A program made the translations under genes and the position numbers. The notes below the pieces were generated by a model. The model was given only the letters and a program-made list of their open reading frames with translations. It had not been told where the DNA came from and made no database searches. 64,000 nucleotides of DNA from an uncultured delta proteobacterium (GTDB lineage: Bacteria > Desulfobacterota > Binatia > Binatales > Binataceae). Position 1 is the first letter of the stretch. Each line of letters opens with the position of its first letter. Positions 18,664 to 28,230 of this stretch are shown piece by piece. The stretch is taken from positions 317,411 through 381,410 of the forward strand of contig CAVQEQ010000003.1 in assembly GCA_963711565.1 (NCBI GenBank), written 5' to 3'.

Positions 18664-18668
18664 CCTGA

Positions 18669-18851
18669 CTACTTCCTCATCTCGTCGATGATGCGTTCAC
18701 GATGGCCGTGCTCGATCAGCTGATCGTTGCGGCGGGCCTGCTTGAGGGCGACGTACGTGAAGAACATCACGAGGATCATCATGGCGATGATCGGGATGTT
18801 GTCAGGAACGGTCAGGATTTCGAGAAACTGCTGAAGCCCGGTAATTTGCAC
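18669..18851 (-). CDS. hypothetical small membrane protein (GTG start), upstream of the ferredoxin
   Basis: Single TM helix (IPIIAMMILVMFFTYVAL). Start uncertain. Confidence 0.3.
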   Translation of the reverse strand: MQITGLQQFLEILTVPDNIPIIAMMILVMFFTYVALKQARRNDQLIEHGHRERIIDEMRK

Positions 18852-18970
18852 GATTGAATCCTCGACGCTCTCTTCTATCTCTCTACAATCAGAGGTACCA
18901 ACAGCATTAGCCGATGTCAACTTTGGCGGGGTGACGGATGCGTCCGGCTAATCGCACGGCTGCCAGGTCC

Positions 18971-19005
18971 GACCTCTTCCCCTCGCCTTGAAAGGAGAGA
19001 GGATC
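18971..19005. repeat. REP-like hairpin, family A variant
   Basis: gacctcttcccctcgccttgaaaggagagaggatc. Confidence 0.4.
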
Positions 19006-19353
19006 GAAGGTGCGGGTCCTTTATTCAGCTCGCGATTGGTCCGCGCGATGCAGGATTCCGGCTACCTAGAAGCTGAGCTAACGGCAAACCGCCGATCGCC
19101 ATCGAAACGAAGCCCTGGTAGTTTGCAGTCTGAGAGAGTCGCTAACAAAACGTCACACCCCCCAACCTCTTCGCGAATCATGGATCACGAACCCAAAACG
19201 CAGAACGATCACAACGCGTATATTCCAGGCGCGCGTTTCTCCCATGCGCGACGCGCTTGGCGGGTTCGCTCGCGCGGCGAGTTCCCATCGAGGGCGCCGG
19301 TGGGGCGTTCCTGACTAAGCCCCTCACAAACACGTAGGAGGAACTGGGCGGCG

Positions 19354-19803
19354 ATGTATAGGCGGATTCCCTACCTAGAAAAGTTCTCTGACTCAACTCT
19401 TCTCGGACTATTACTCTTTACGTTCGGGGCGACCGTCGTGTTCTTCACTTATGAGATCGGTTCACCATGGTTTCAATTGTTCGTCGTTACACTCTTCGCG
19501 GCCGAGGAGGCTTTTCTCTTCAGTCCCGCTTCTCTTTCCATGCGTGAGTCCGTACACCGTTGGTTTCTCGCTGACCCTGCAATGAGACCAACACAACCGT
19601 GGGATGTCACTCACCCGTGGTTAGTGAAAGGCATCGCCATCCTCGTATTGCTAGCAGAGGTAGCCCTCTTCGCCGTCTACCAGCTTCCGATGAGCATCTT
19701 CGCAGGTTCACTCTCCTTGGTTTTTCTCCTTTCTGTGAGCGAAGAATTCTTCCGACGGCTCTCTGCTACAGCGTTTCCCGTCAGCAAAACTTGGACAGAT
19801 TGA
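19354..19803 (+). CDS. hypothetical membrane protein (in the low-GC island)
   Basis: Four hydrophobic segments. Local GC is clearly lower than the surrounding sequence. Confidence 0.5.
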   Translation: MYRRIPYLEKFSDSTLLGLLLFTFGATVVFFTYEIGSPWFQLFVVTLFAAEEAFLFSPASLSMRESVHRWFLADPAMRPTQPWDVTHPWLVKGIAILVLLAEVALFAVYQLPMSIFAGSLSLVFLLSVSEEFFRRLSATAFPVSKTWTD

Positions 19804-19857
19804 GCCGTGCAGATGTTCCCGCAATTAGACAAGTGACGTAGGAGTGCCGCGCCGCGC

Positions 19858-19912
19858 TACGGCAGGATAGCCCGTTCCGCGGGGCAGCGGTGACCCCTGC
19901 ACCCAGTGACTT
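19858..19912 (+). repeat. REP-like element, family B partial copy
   Basis: Contains CGGGGCAGCGGTGACCCCTGCACCC. Confidence 0.45.
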
Positions 19913-20172
19913 TTGCGGGTACACGCAGAGCCGCGCGCGAACACAGACGCACTCAGGACATTCGGTTACGATTCGGGATGGCGCCGGATAACTGACATCG
20001 CGCGCAACGGACGATCGGCTGCAGAATCTCTTGCACAGGGAAGTTGGCCGGCCTATACGGGACCTGGAATCGGCGAGTCAAGACAGAAATCCCGGGTAAA
20101 ACTGAATAAAGTAGTAGCGTTGTTGGTTCTCGGGGGTTTGGATGGGACTGCGGGATAATCCGGCTGAGTGAC

Positions 20173-21177
20173 GTGGGAGCTGGAACACATGCTGCGTTGC
20201 CGATGCGCAAGGTTCCGATCGATGTGATGCGTGCGGTGAGCATGCTCTACATCGTCGGATTTTGGCATTTGCTCGATTATACGAAAGGTGTCGGATGGCA
20301 TTATAACCCGGTCACCTATCGCCTCACGGTTGGAGCACTTTCCCTTTTCGTCCTGATCTCCGGTTTTCTGACAGGGCGCAAGGACGGTGGTCTGGCGCGA
20401 GGCGAAATCTGGAGATTCTATGAGACGCGGTTCTGGCGCATCTATCTCCCCTTCGTGATCGCCTCCGGCCTATTCCTGGCGGCAGGAATGAGCGATGCCA
20501 TTCCGCTGGTCAAGGGCGTCACACTCGTCGCCATGCTGCTGGCGCCGCCGCCGTTCACATTGTGGTTCGTAAACATGATCGTACTCTTCTATCTGATCGC
20601 CCCGCTGCTCATCCGCATGCGTGGGAACGTGGTGGCTTACATCGGCATATGCCTCGCGATCGTTGGAGCCATGAGTGTGTATCAATCGGAGATGGGGAGG
20701 ATAGATATGCGCCTTATCCTCTATTTCCCTTGCTTCGCTGCCGGTATATTTCTGGCCGCCGAAACGTTGCCGTCATCGGCGCTAAGTCTCATCGGCCTCC
20801 CACTTCTCGCCGCTCTGTCTCTTTTGCCTACGCTGACACGTGAGTCCGGCAGGCTGGAGAATGACCTATGGGCGGCGCCTTGGGCACTTTTCGCTTCTAT
20901 CGCAGTCTTTGTTGTCGTTATGCGCGCTGGTCGGAATCTAAAACCGCGCGCGATTCTCACACAGCTCAGCGAGGCGAGCTTTTTCATGTACCTTCTGCAT
21001 CGTCCCCTCTATCGTTGGATGCAGAGCGTTTGGTTTCCGATTACAGAGAAAGCGCAGGTTCCTTATCTGTTGTTCGTGTGTCTGCCGACTATCGCGATCG
21101 TGGCGTGGTTTTGCCAGAGAGCCTACACAGGTTTGTTGGAGCGGCGTGAGGTTCGAGTCGCTGCGCCTACTGGTTAG
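20173..21177 (+). CDS. acyltransferase family 3 (membrane O-acyltransferase)
   Basis: Ten-TM acyltransferase-3 architecture. The start may be at 20203 (MRKVPID). Confidence 0.75.
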   Translation: MGAGTHAALPMRKVPIDVMRAVSMLYIVGFWHLLDYTKGVGWHYNPVTYRLTVGALSLFVLISGFLTGRKDGGLARGEIWRFYETRFWRIYLPFVIASGLFLAAGMSDAIPLVKGVTLVAMLLAPPPFTLWFVNMIVLFYLIAPLLIRMRGNVVAYIGICLAIVGAMSVYQSEMGRIDMRLILYFPCFAAGIFLAAETLPSSALSLIGLPLLAALSLLPTLTRESGRLENDLWAAPWALFASIAVFVVVMRAGRNLKPRAILTQLSEASFFMYLLHRPLYRWMQSVWFPITEKAQVPYLLFVCLPTIAIVAWFCQRAYTGLLERREVRVAAPTG

Positions 21178-22460
21178 AAGCGAATAAAAGAGCTTCCTGT
21201 ACAGGACCTCGTGGAAGTTGGCCGTCGCCTCTATCCCAATGAATAAGTCCTGCCCCAGTTCTCTTAGCCAGCAAAGCCAATCTCTGCTCGTGATTCATAG
21301 GCTCCCACGGGACAAGTTTCTCCGCAAGCACATCCATTCTTCGAAGAAGGGTCAACTCCAGGAAAAGTCCCATAAAATCCAGGTCGCGGAACACTAAGGA
21401 GCCGGACTCTCTCATCCTGTCACGAATCCGAGCTAGATGGACCGGCATCTCGGTCCAGTGCAGGCCAGCTCGGTGGTGATGACAAAGGTGGTATCCTTCG
21501 TTCATAAAGTTGACCCCATCAAGAACGGTTACGGTGTGCGCAAAGTAGTCCTCGGGCCGTTCCGAGTCGTAAAAACCGTGCTGGACCCATGCGACAATTG
21601 CCGTGATGAAGTTCTGGCAGAGAAGAGGAACCAACACGAACATGATCCCAATTCTCCAGTTGTAGATAGCGACAGCTCCGAAGTAGGCATAGTAACGCGC
21701 CATACCCCATAATAGGCGTCTTCGGTTCTCTTCATCGCCTTTAGCCTTAAAGTAGGCGTACGGAGCGATCCCCAAAACCGTCCAAATGTTGTTCGAGAGA
21801 TACCGCAGGAAATCCAGTTCAACTCGTTCGATCGTAGCCCCTGGACTCTGCCGTGTCATCGAATCCGCCATTCTCTCTATGGTGGAGACGGACATGAACC
21901 GTCCGATCCAGTTCCGGAATGTTTCCATACAAATATCCCAGAAAGAATTCGACGTAGCGGCCGAAGACCCTATCGTACTTCTCCGAGAAGTAGCCTTGGC
22001 GCCGGTGCGCTTCCAGGTGCTTGACGCTGAACATCCTCACAAACCGGCGGAAGTTGAAACCATAAAGGGAAATATAGAAAGCGATCGCGAGCAGCAGTCG
22101 AGGTCTTCCTAAAGCAAGTTGGATCAGGAAAATTGGTATGGCGCTGAGGCTAAGGGAAACCATGAGTCGTAACGCAGGCGTGTCTCTGGAGTCCTGCAGA
22201 ACTTTCTGCCCGAGCTGATCGAGTAACCGGTCGTAAGCCCTGGAGAGAAATTGATACGCGTTGCGTAACGGACTAACCCCGCGGAGAATCACGGCCGCGC
22301 GGTAGCCTGCGAAGGAAAGCAACGCCACGAGCGAGATGGCACCCGTGCTTGCCAGTGCTATCGGGACTCCACACCAGCGAAGTCCGACTTTCGGATTGAC
22401 TCCAAAATTCATAGTTCGATCTCGACAGCGAATGCTCTCGATGTCTTCCCTCGACCGCAT
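21167..22460 (-). pseudogene. membrane fatty-acid desaturase, frameshifted (fragments 21819-22460 and 21167-21928 overlap out of frame)
   Basis: The N-fragment carries the His boxes HLEAH/HVRLHH. The C-fragment carries HLCHHH. The 110-nt overlap is in different frames. Confidence 0.55.
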
Positions 22461-22726
22461 GTCCTTGTCAAAAGCCTAAGCCCGAACGTACTGATGATGG
22501 AGCCCGCGCAAAATTGATAGTCCCGAGATGGTGCCGGCCGGAACCGCGCACGTCGAAAGTCCGGCGCGTTGTGCTCCACAATAATGGTGCGCATAAGCTT
22601 GTTCGGGTGAATGGGCACGATGCGCTCGATCATGCGCATGATTGCTGCCCGCACTTCGAGCGGATCGCGGCGTGACACGCAGTAGGAGAGGCCGGCCTGA
22701 AACTCACTCTCCACCAATGTGGGCAC
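22409..22726 (-). CDS. hypothetical protein (doubtful)
   Basis: ORF only. It overlaps both neighbouring genes. Confidence 0.2.
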   Translation of the reverse strand: MPTLVESEFQAGLSYCVSRRDPLEVRAAIMRMIERIVPIHPNKLMRTIIVEHNAPDFRRARFRPAPSRDYQFCAGSIISTFGLRLLTRTCGRGKTSRAFAVEIEL

Positions 22727-24311
22727 CCTTCTCCGCTACTGAGCGGCGCATTAGCGGGATGAAAAATACCAGGAGCAGGCCGACTGCGGCTGAGAAGGAG
22801 AAGACGTCAAAGTAGGCTAGCGACGAGGCCTGTTGCTCGCGCGCTTGGCCGAGAACGCCTAACGCCATTTGATGCGATAAGACAGCATCGCCGTTGTGCT
22901 GTAAGAAAAACGCCTGACCTCTCGTCAACAGGTTGGTGACTGGAGGATTCAGGGGATCCAGGCTTTCATTCAGCCGCAGGGTGTGAAACTGTTCGCGCCG
23001 TTCCTGGATGATTTGGGCGACAGACGTCCCTACACTGCCACCTTCGTTGCGCAGCAGGGCCAGCAATCCGACGGCAGCGCCGCGGATCTCCTTGGGGAGA
23101 TAGATAAACGCTGCCACGTTGAGAGGGGCGAATAGCATCGAGAGTCCCGCGATCACTACTACTCTCGGCCAAACCACCTGCCATGGACTGATTTCAAGGT
23201 TGAGGTGTGCCATCCAGTAGTTTCCCAGCGCCATCGTGATTAGACCGCCGGCCATTAGATAGCGAGCATCGAAGCCGCGCGATAGCAGTGCGCCGACGAC
23301 GACTAGCATGACGATCGCGAAGATTCCCGATGGCGATAGCACCAATCCCGAGGTGGTGGCATCGTAGCCAAAAAGAGATTGCAACAAGGCGGGAAGCGAA
23401 ATGGTGTTGGCGTAGAGTACCGCATAGGCGCAGAAGATGATGAGGCAGCAGGCGCCAAAGTTTCGATCGGCTATCGTCCGGAGCGCGACTAATGGATTGC
23501 GCAGATGCAATTCGCGATAGATCAAGCCCCCTAGCCCGAGCGAGAACAGGATCAATAGCGTCTGCACGCGATAGAACGGATCGCCGAGCCAGTCCCACTG
23601 CTGTCCTTTGCTCAGCATCACCTCCCAGCAAACCATCGTCACAGCGAGCAGACAGAGGCCGAGCACGTCGAAGGGTTCGCGTCGATTACGACTCCTGGCG
23701 CGTTCAGCCTGGAAATATTCCGGGTCCTGGACCAGGGCGTGGCACATGAAGTAGGCCAACAGGCCGACCGGCACGTTCAGATAGAAGATCCAGCGCCAGC
23801 CGTAGTTGTCGGTGATAAAGCCGCCGAGGGTTGGCCCGACAACCGGCGCGAGAAGTGCGGCCATCCCAAAGATAGTCATCGCCTGGCCTTGTTTCTCTTG
23901 CGGGAATGCGTCGAGAAGCACGGCCTGGCTCGAGGGTTGGAGACCGCCGCCGGCGACACCCTGAACCGCTCGAGCTGCGATTATAAAACCCAGGCTTCCG
24001 GCCATTCCGCATAAAGCGGACGCCAAGGTAAAGACGGCTATCGAGAGCAGGAAATAGTTTCGCCGGCCGAGCCGCAGCGCCAGCCATCCGGAAATCGGCA
24101 AGACGATCGCGTTGGATGCGAGGTAAGTGGTGATGACCCACTCGCTATCAATATTAGCAGCCGACAAGCCGCCGGCAATGTAGCGCAAGGACACATTGGC
24201 GATGGTGGTATCCAGAACTTCCATGAAGGTCGGGATAACCACCGCGAAGGCTATCAGCCAGGGATTGACCGATCGCCTCGCGAGCGGAACCTGGAGGGTG
24301 GCGGCACTCAT
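22704..24311 (-). CDS. emrB: MFS transporter, DHA2 (EmrB/QacA) family, 14 TM
   Basis: EmrB-like N-terminus (FMEVLDTTIANVSLRYIAGGL). Confidence 0.9.
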   Translation of the reverse strand: MSAATLQVPLARRSVNPWLIAFAVVIPTFMEVLDTTIANVSLRYIAGGLSAANIDSEWVITTYLASNAIVLPISGWLALRLGRRNYFLLSIAVFTLASALCGMAGSLGFIIAARAVQGVAGGGLQPSSQAVLLDAFPQEKQGQAMTIFGMAALLAPVVGPTLGGFITDNYGWRWIFYLNVPVGLLAYFMCHALVQDPEYFQAERARSRNRREPFDVLGLCLLAVTMVCWEVMLSKGQQWDWLGDPFYRVQTLLILFSLGLGGLIYRELHLRNPLVALRTIADRNFGACCLIIFCAYAVLYANTISLPALLQSLFGYDATTSGLVLSPSGIFAIVMLVVVGALLSRGFDARYLMAGGLITMALGNYWMAHLNLEISPWQVVWPRVVVIAGLSMLFAPLNVAAFIYLPKEIRGAAVGLLALLRNEGGSVGTSVAQIIQERREQFHTLRLNESLDPLNPPVTNLLTRGQAFFLQHNGDAVLSHQMALGVLGQAREQQASSLAYFDVFSFSAAVGLLLVFFIPLMRRSVAEKGAHIGGE

Positions 24312-25816
24312 TGTGGGCCAGGAGCAGAAACGGGACCACTCGCGGAGATTGAGGCTTGAAGCATCTTGCCGGCGTTAGGACCGGTAGGCGTCTGGTAGAT
24401 GTACACGTAAGGAGTGACCGATAGACCTATGAATAGTGGAGCTACGTCAGGATTGTAGTTGGTCAACTCGATTCGCACGGGTAATCGCTGCACAACCTTG
24501 ACGAAGTTTCCGGTCGCATTCTCGGCCGGCAGCAGCGCCAGCGTAGAACCGGTGCCCATCGTGAATCCGGAAATACGACCCTTGAAGTGCCGGTGACTGC
24601 CGTACATGTCGATGTCGAGATCCACCGGCTGTCCGATGCGCAGATTCGCCAGCTGCGTCTCCTTGAAGTTGGCGTCGATCCAAATGTCGGTGAGAGATCG
24701 CAACGCCATCAGGCCCTGCCCGACGATAACCTGATCGCCCGAATTGACGTCGCGGCGCGTCACGACACCGTCGATGTCGGCGACGACGTCGCAATAGGAA
24801 GGGTTCAGCCTGGCTTGATCGAGATTAGCTTGAGCCTCCTGCAACTTGGCCTCAGCCTGTTTAACGTCGGGCGCATTTTTGGAAATCTCATCGAAGATCG
24901 CATTGATATTTCCGGACGAGTCGCGCTTGTAGAACTCTGCGAGCATCTCGTCGGGAGTCTCGTTGAATGAATGAACAACGCCGAGCTCGGCCGCGGTTTG
25001 CATGAGTCGCGCCTGGGCAGCCTTGACCTCAGAGTAAGTCTGGTCGAGATTCGCAGGGATGCCGCTGAGCTCTTTGCCGTTCCTAGGTGTGGGTGGCAGC
25101 CCAAGTTCAGCACGAACCTGCGCGACATCATGCTGAGCCTCCTGTTGCTGTGCCTGAGCTACCGAAAAGGCTTCCTGGAACGAATCGAACTCCTGCTTTG
25201 CAATAACGTGCTGTTGGTATAGCTGCTGCTCCCGCCCGAAGTTTGCCTTAGCCTCGATGAGGGTGGCATTCGCGGCTTGAAGCGAATCAACTTTGGAGTG
25301 CAGGTCGGCGACCTGGTTGTTAAGCTTCTGCGCAGCATTTGCGAGATCGAACCTTTGGCTAAGTCCCAAGCTCTCAAGACCCCGAACTTTCGCTTGTGCT
25401 GTGACAATGCCGACCTGCGCAACGGAGAGCGCAGCTTGCGCGATTTCGACCTTGACCTGGTAGGGCTCCTTGTCAAGCTGCACGAGTAAGTCGCCCTTGC
25501 GCACCCGATTGTTGTCGTCAACCAGCACGCGCACGACTTGACCGGGCACCCGCGGCGCCACAAAGGTCACGTGTCCGTTAACGTAAGCGTCGTCCGTTGA
25601 TTCAGTTCTGAAGGCGGTGATGGTCCAGGGGATGACCTCGTATAGCGCCAGAAGGACAAGCACACCGCCTGCGATCCACATCCACAGTGGCCGCCTTTGA
25701 GGCTGCTTGTCATTAGAGGCTTGCGCGACTGGTGCATCGGCGTCCGACGTGCGTACGGATGGGGCCGGTTCGTGGAAGGATTTGCCGGCGGACTCCGGTG
25801 AGTTTCCATCAGGCAT
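24308..25816 (-). CDS. emrA: HlyD/EmrA-family membrane fusion protein
   Basis: N-terminal TM helix, long coiled-coil and beta-barrel. Its stop overlaps the emrB start (ATGA). Confidence 0.9.
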   Translation of the reverse strand: MPDGNSPESAGKSFHEPAPSVRTSDADAPVAQASNDKQPQRRPLWMWIAGGVLVLLALYEVIPWTITAFRTESTDDAYVNGHVTFVAPRVPGQVVRVLVDDNNRVRKGDLLVQLDKEPYQVKVEIAQAALSVAQVGIVTAQAKVRGLESLGLSQRFDLANAAQKLNNQVADLHSKVDSLQAANATLIEAKANFGREQQLYQQHVIAKQEFDSFQEAFSVAQAQQQEAQHDVAQVRAELGLPPTPRNGKELSGIPANLDQTYSEVKAAQARLMQTAAELGVVHSFNETPDEMLAEFYKRDSSGNINAIFDEISKNAPDVKQAEAKLQEAQANLDQARLNPSYCDVVADIDGVVTRRDVNSGDQVIVGQGLMALRSLTDIWIDANFKETQLANLRIGQPVDLDIDMYGSHRHFKGRISGFTMGTGSTLALLPAENATGNFVKVVQRLPVRIELTNYNPDVAPLFIGLSVTPYVYIYQTPTGPNAGKMLQASISASGPVSAPGPQ

Positions 25817-25847
25817 GGTCGCGATCCTCCTCTAATTCACAACCGCA

Positions 25848-28133
25848 TCAAAGTGAAGCGGGTCGTGGGGAGCTGGGAATATCCGCCAGATAGCGATTCA
25901 ACTCAGAGAATAGCAGCTCAAGTCGTCGCATCGATTGGAGTTCCGCCATCATCGTGCGGCGCGGATCGAGCGGCCACGATGCCAATCGGGCAAACCCATT
26001 CTCCTCCAAGCGTGAACTGAACTCGTTGAGTGGTTCCGTCAACTCGTCGGCTGAATGTTTCTGCGCGATCGCACGAGCGGCGGAAGCGCTGAGCCATTCG
26101 GCGCCGCTAAAGAAATCCTGCCACGAGATAAGCTGCTCACGAATCGCGTTGGAGAGCCGCTCACGCGCAGACTCGGTTGCCGGGTCGAGTTGCGGCATTT
26201 GAGTAAGAACCCGCGCGGTCGCGATCGAAGACAGCAGGTTTGCAATCCGGCGAAGAGTCCCGGCCGCTTCGACGATCCCATCATGGTAAACGGCGCAGGT
26301 ACGTCCTTCCATCCGCGCGTCTTCGGCGATCTCGAGGAACTCGGTCAGCACGCCCATCGTTTCGGAGTTCGTCTTCAGGATTTCATCCTCGCTGCTCGAA
26401 GCTGAACCGCCTGGCGCCAGCGCGAGCATATTGGCAAGGACTCTTCGCAGCCTCGGCAACAGGGAATCACCGGCGTATTCCGGCCACAGGGTAAAGAAGA
26501 CGATCGCAACGACAAAGTCACCAAGCAGCACGCCCCAAATGCGCCAAAGAGGCTCGTAGATATCGACAGATGGGCTCAACCCAACGAAGATCAACGAAAA
26601 AATGAACCCCATTTGCTTGCCCGCGTACGAAATCCTTGAATTGCCGAGTGAAAAATATGCAAACAGATAGAAGACCGCGAAGGCCGCAAGCATGTAGGCT
26701 GGGAGGGTGTCGAAGTTCGGCGAAATTATAATGATCGCGAGAAGGGAAACCGCTCCTCCGATAACAAATCCGGCGATTCGGAGGTACATCTTGTGCAGCG
26801 TTGCGCCATAGGTGGGAGTCGCGATGGTTATTACGGTCACGAGGATAGTGAATAACTCCGGACGCCGACTGGTGAGGCCGATTACATAGCAGAGCACGAC
26901 GCATAAGCCGACTTTCAGGCTATAACGCACAGCCGCAGAATCTGCACCGTTGGTGAATCGAGGCACAGGACTGTTTGACAGATCCGCCGTCGTGGGCCGC
27001 GGAGGTTCATCCAGTGGGCGCTCGATGTGCTTGGCCAGCACAGCCAGCGAATCGATGAATTCCGCGAAATTTTCGATTTCCGCAGAAGTGGCATTGCCTA
27101 TGTATGCTGGTCTCATCTCAATCACGCGCGCGGCCAGAGTGTCCATAGCCTGGCGCAGACGCGTCCGCGTGTCAGACGCTTGCTCGTCCGCACCTGTAGC
27201 AATGCGCGCCAGAAGGTTGTGGGAGATCTCGTCGAGCGCGGCGGCGATAGCATTTACCGCCCTTTGAATTTCGCCCGGAACCATCGTGCGAATTACTCGA
27301 GGCAGGTTCTCGCGCGCCGTCGCGATTAGGCGATCCACTTCGAGACTGATACGAGCGGCGCGCGTGATCGCAGCAAGCAGGAGCGCGCGGCGATGCTCGG
27401 ACGCGCCCTCGGCCAACGCTTGATTAAGAAGGGTCATATGTGCAGGTAGGTCGGAAGTCGCTGCCGGCAATGGCGGTCGAGGTACGCTTTCGCCGGCGAG
27501 AAAAAAGTTCGCAGCCCCGAGAAGCTGCGAACGGGCACGCGCGACGCTCGCTCCGAGAGACTCCATGAGGATCGGCTCGCCCGGGTCCGACCACAACCAG
27601 TTGTCGAACAGAACGATCACGCCCAAGGCAATCGCGCTGGCGTCGAACGAGGCTGCTGCAGTCCAACCGATTTCCTGAGGTCCAAACACAACGTCGTAGA
27701 ATGTAATGAGGCAGACTATCTGTATAAGGATCAGGCCCGCGCCAAACTTGCGCGTCGCTCCCACGTAGGTTGAAAATGAAATCCACGCGAAGACAAACGG
27801 CAGCATCAACCATGGCGTCTCCGCGAATGCGCGCGCCATCACCACCGATGTGATTAGCGCGAGCATCACCGCGATTTGCCATGCCAGCGCCTTGCGAATG
27901 GACATCATCGGTCCCGCGCCGACAAGGAGCCAGACAATTACCGCGTCGAGCTTACTGTTGACGTGACAGCTAGCGTCCAGCGCAATCGCGATTGTCACAA
28001 TCGTGGCGATGCGTAAGGCGGTGCGAATCTTCCGGGCGCTGGGAGCAATTTCGTGTGCTACCAGCGCTTCGAATCGATCCAACCAGGCAAATGGCCGTTG
28101 GATGCCGACCTGTCGCTCTATGAATCCTGCCAC
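25848..28133 (-). CDS. FUSC-family (fusaric-acid resistance / AaeB-like) efflux protein
   Basis: Duplicated six-TM bundles separated by large cytoplasmic domains, typical of FUSC/YccS. Confidence 0.85.
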   Translation of the reverse strand: MAGFIERQVGIQRPFAWLDRFEALVAHEIAPSARKIRTALRIATIVTIAIALDASCHVNSKLDAVIVWLLVGAGPMMSIRKALAWQIAVMLALITSVVMARAFAETPWLMLPFVFAWISFSTYVGATRKFGAGLILIQIVCLITFYDVVFGPQEIGWTAAASFDASAIALGVIVLFDNWLWSDPGEPILMESLGASVARARSQLLGAANFFLAGESVPRPPLPAATSDLPAHMTLLNQALAEGASEHRRALLLAAITRAARISLEVDRLIATARENLPRVIRTMVPGEIQRAVNAIAAALDEISHNLLARIATGADEQASDTRTRLRQAMDTLAARVIEMRPAYIGNATSAEIENFAEFIDSLAVLAKHIERPLDEPPRPTTADLSNSPVPRFTNGADSAAVRYSLKVGLCVVLCYVIGLTSRRPELFTILVTVITIATPTYGATLHKMYLRIAGFVIGGAVSLLAIIIISPNFDTLPAYMLAAFAVFYLFAYFSLGNSRISYAGKQMGFIFSLIFVGLSPSVDIYEPLWRIWGVLLGDFVVAIVFFTLWPEYAGDSLLPRLRRVLANMLALAPGGSASSSEDEILKTNSETMGVLTEFLEIAEDARMEGRTCAVYHDGIVEAAGTLRRIANLLSSIATARVLTQMPQLDPATESARERLSNAIREQLISWQDFFSGAEWLSASAARAIAQKHSADELTEPLNEFSSRLEENGFARLASWPLDPRRTMMAELQSMRRLELLFSELNRYLADIPSSPRPASL

Positions 28134-28230
28134 GCGATCGTTTACCCGGTACGAGAGTGCGATGCCGCCGCCCGCGCATTAGTTGCAACTGGGCCTCGAT
28201 GCGCGACTTGTTTCGAGCTTTACCGATGTC

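Noticed and set aside
18988-19314. 108-aa ORF in the 430-bp non-coding stretch
   Set aside because: It is Ser/Arg/Pro-rich with no start context and spans a REP hairpin. It is more likely non-coding.
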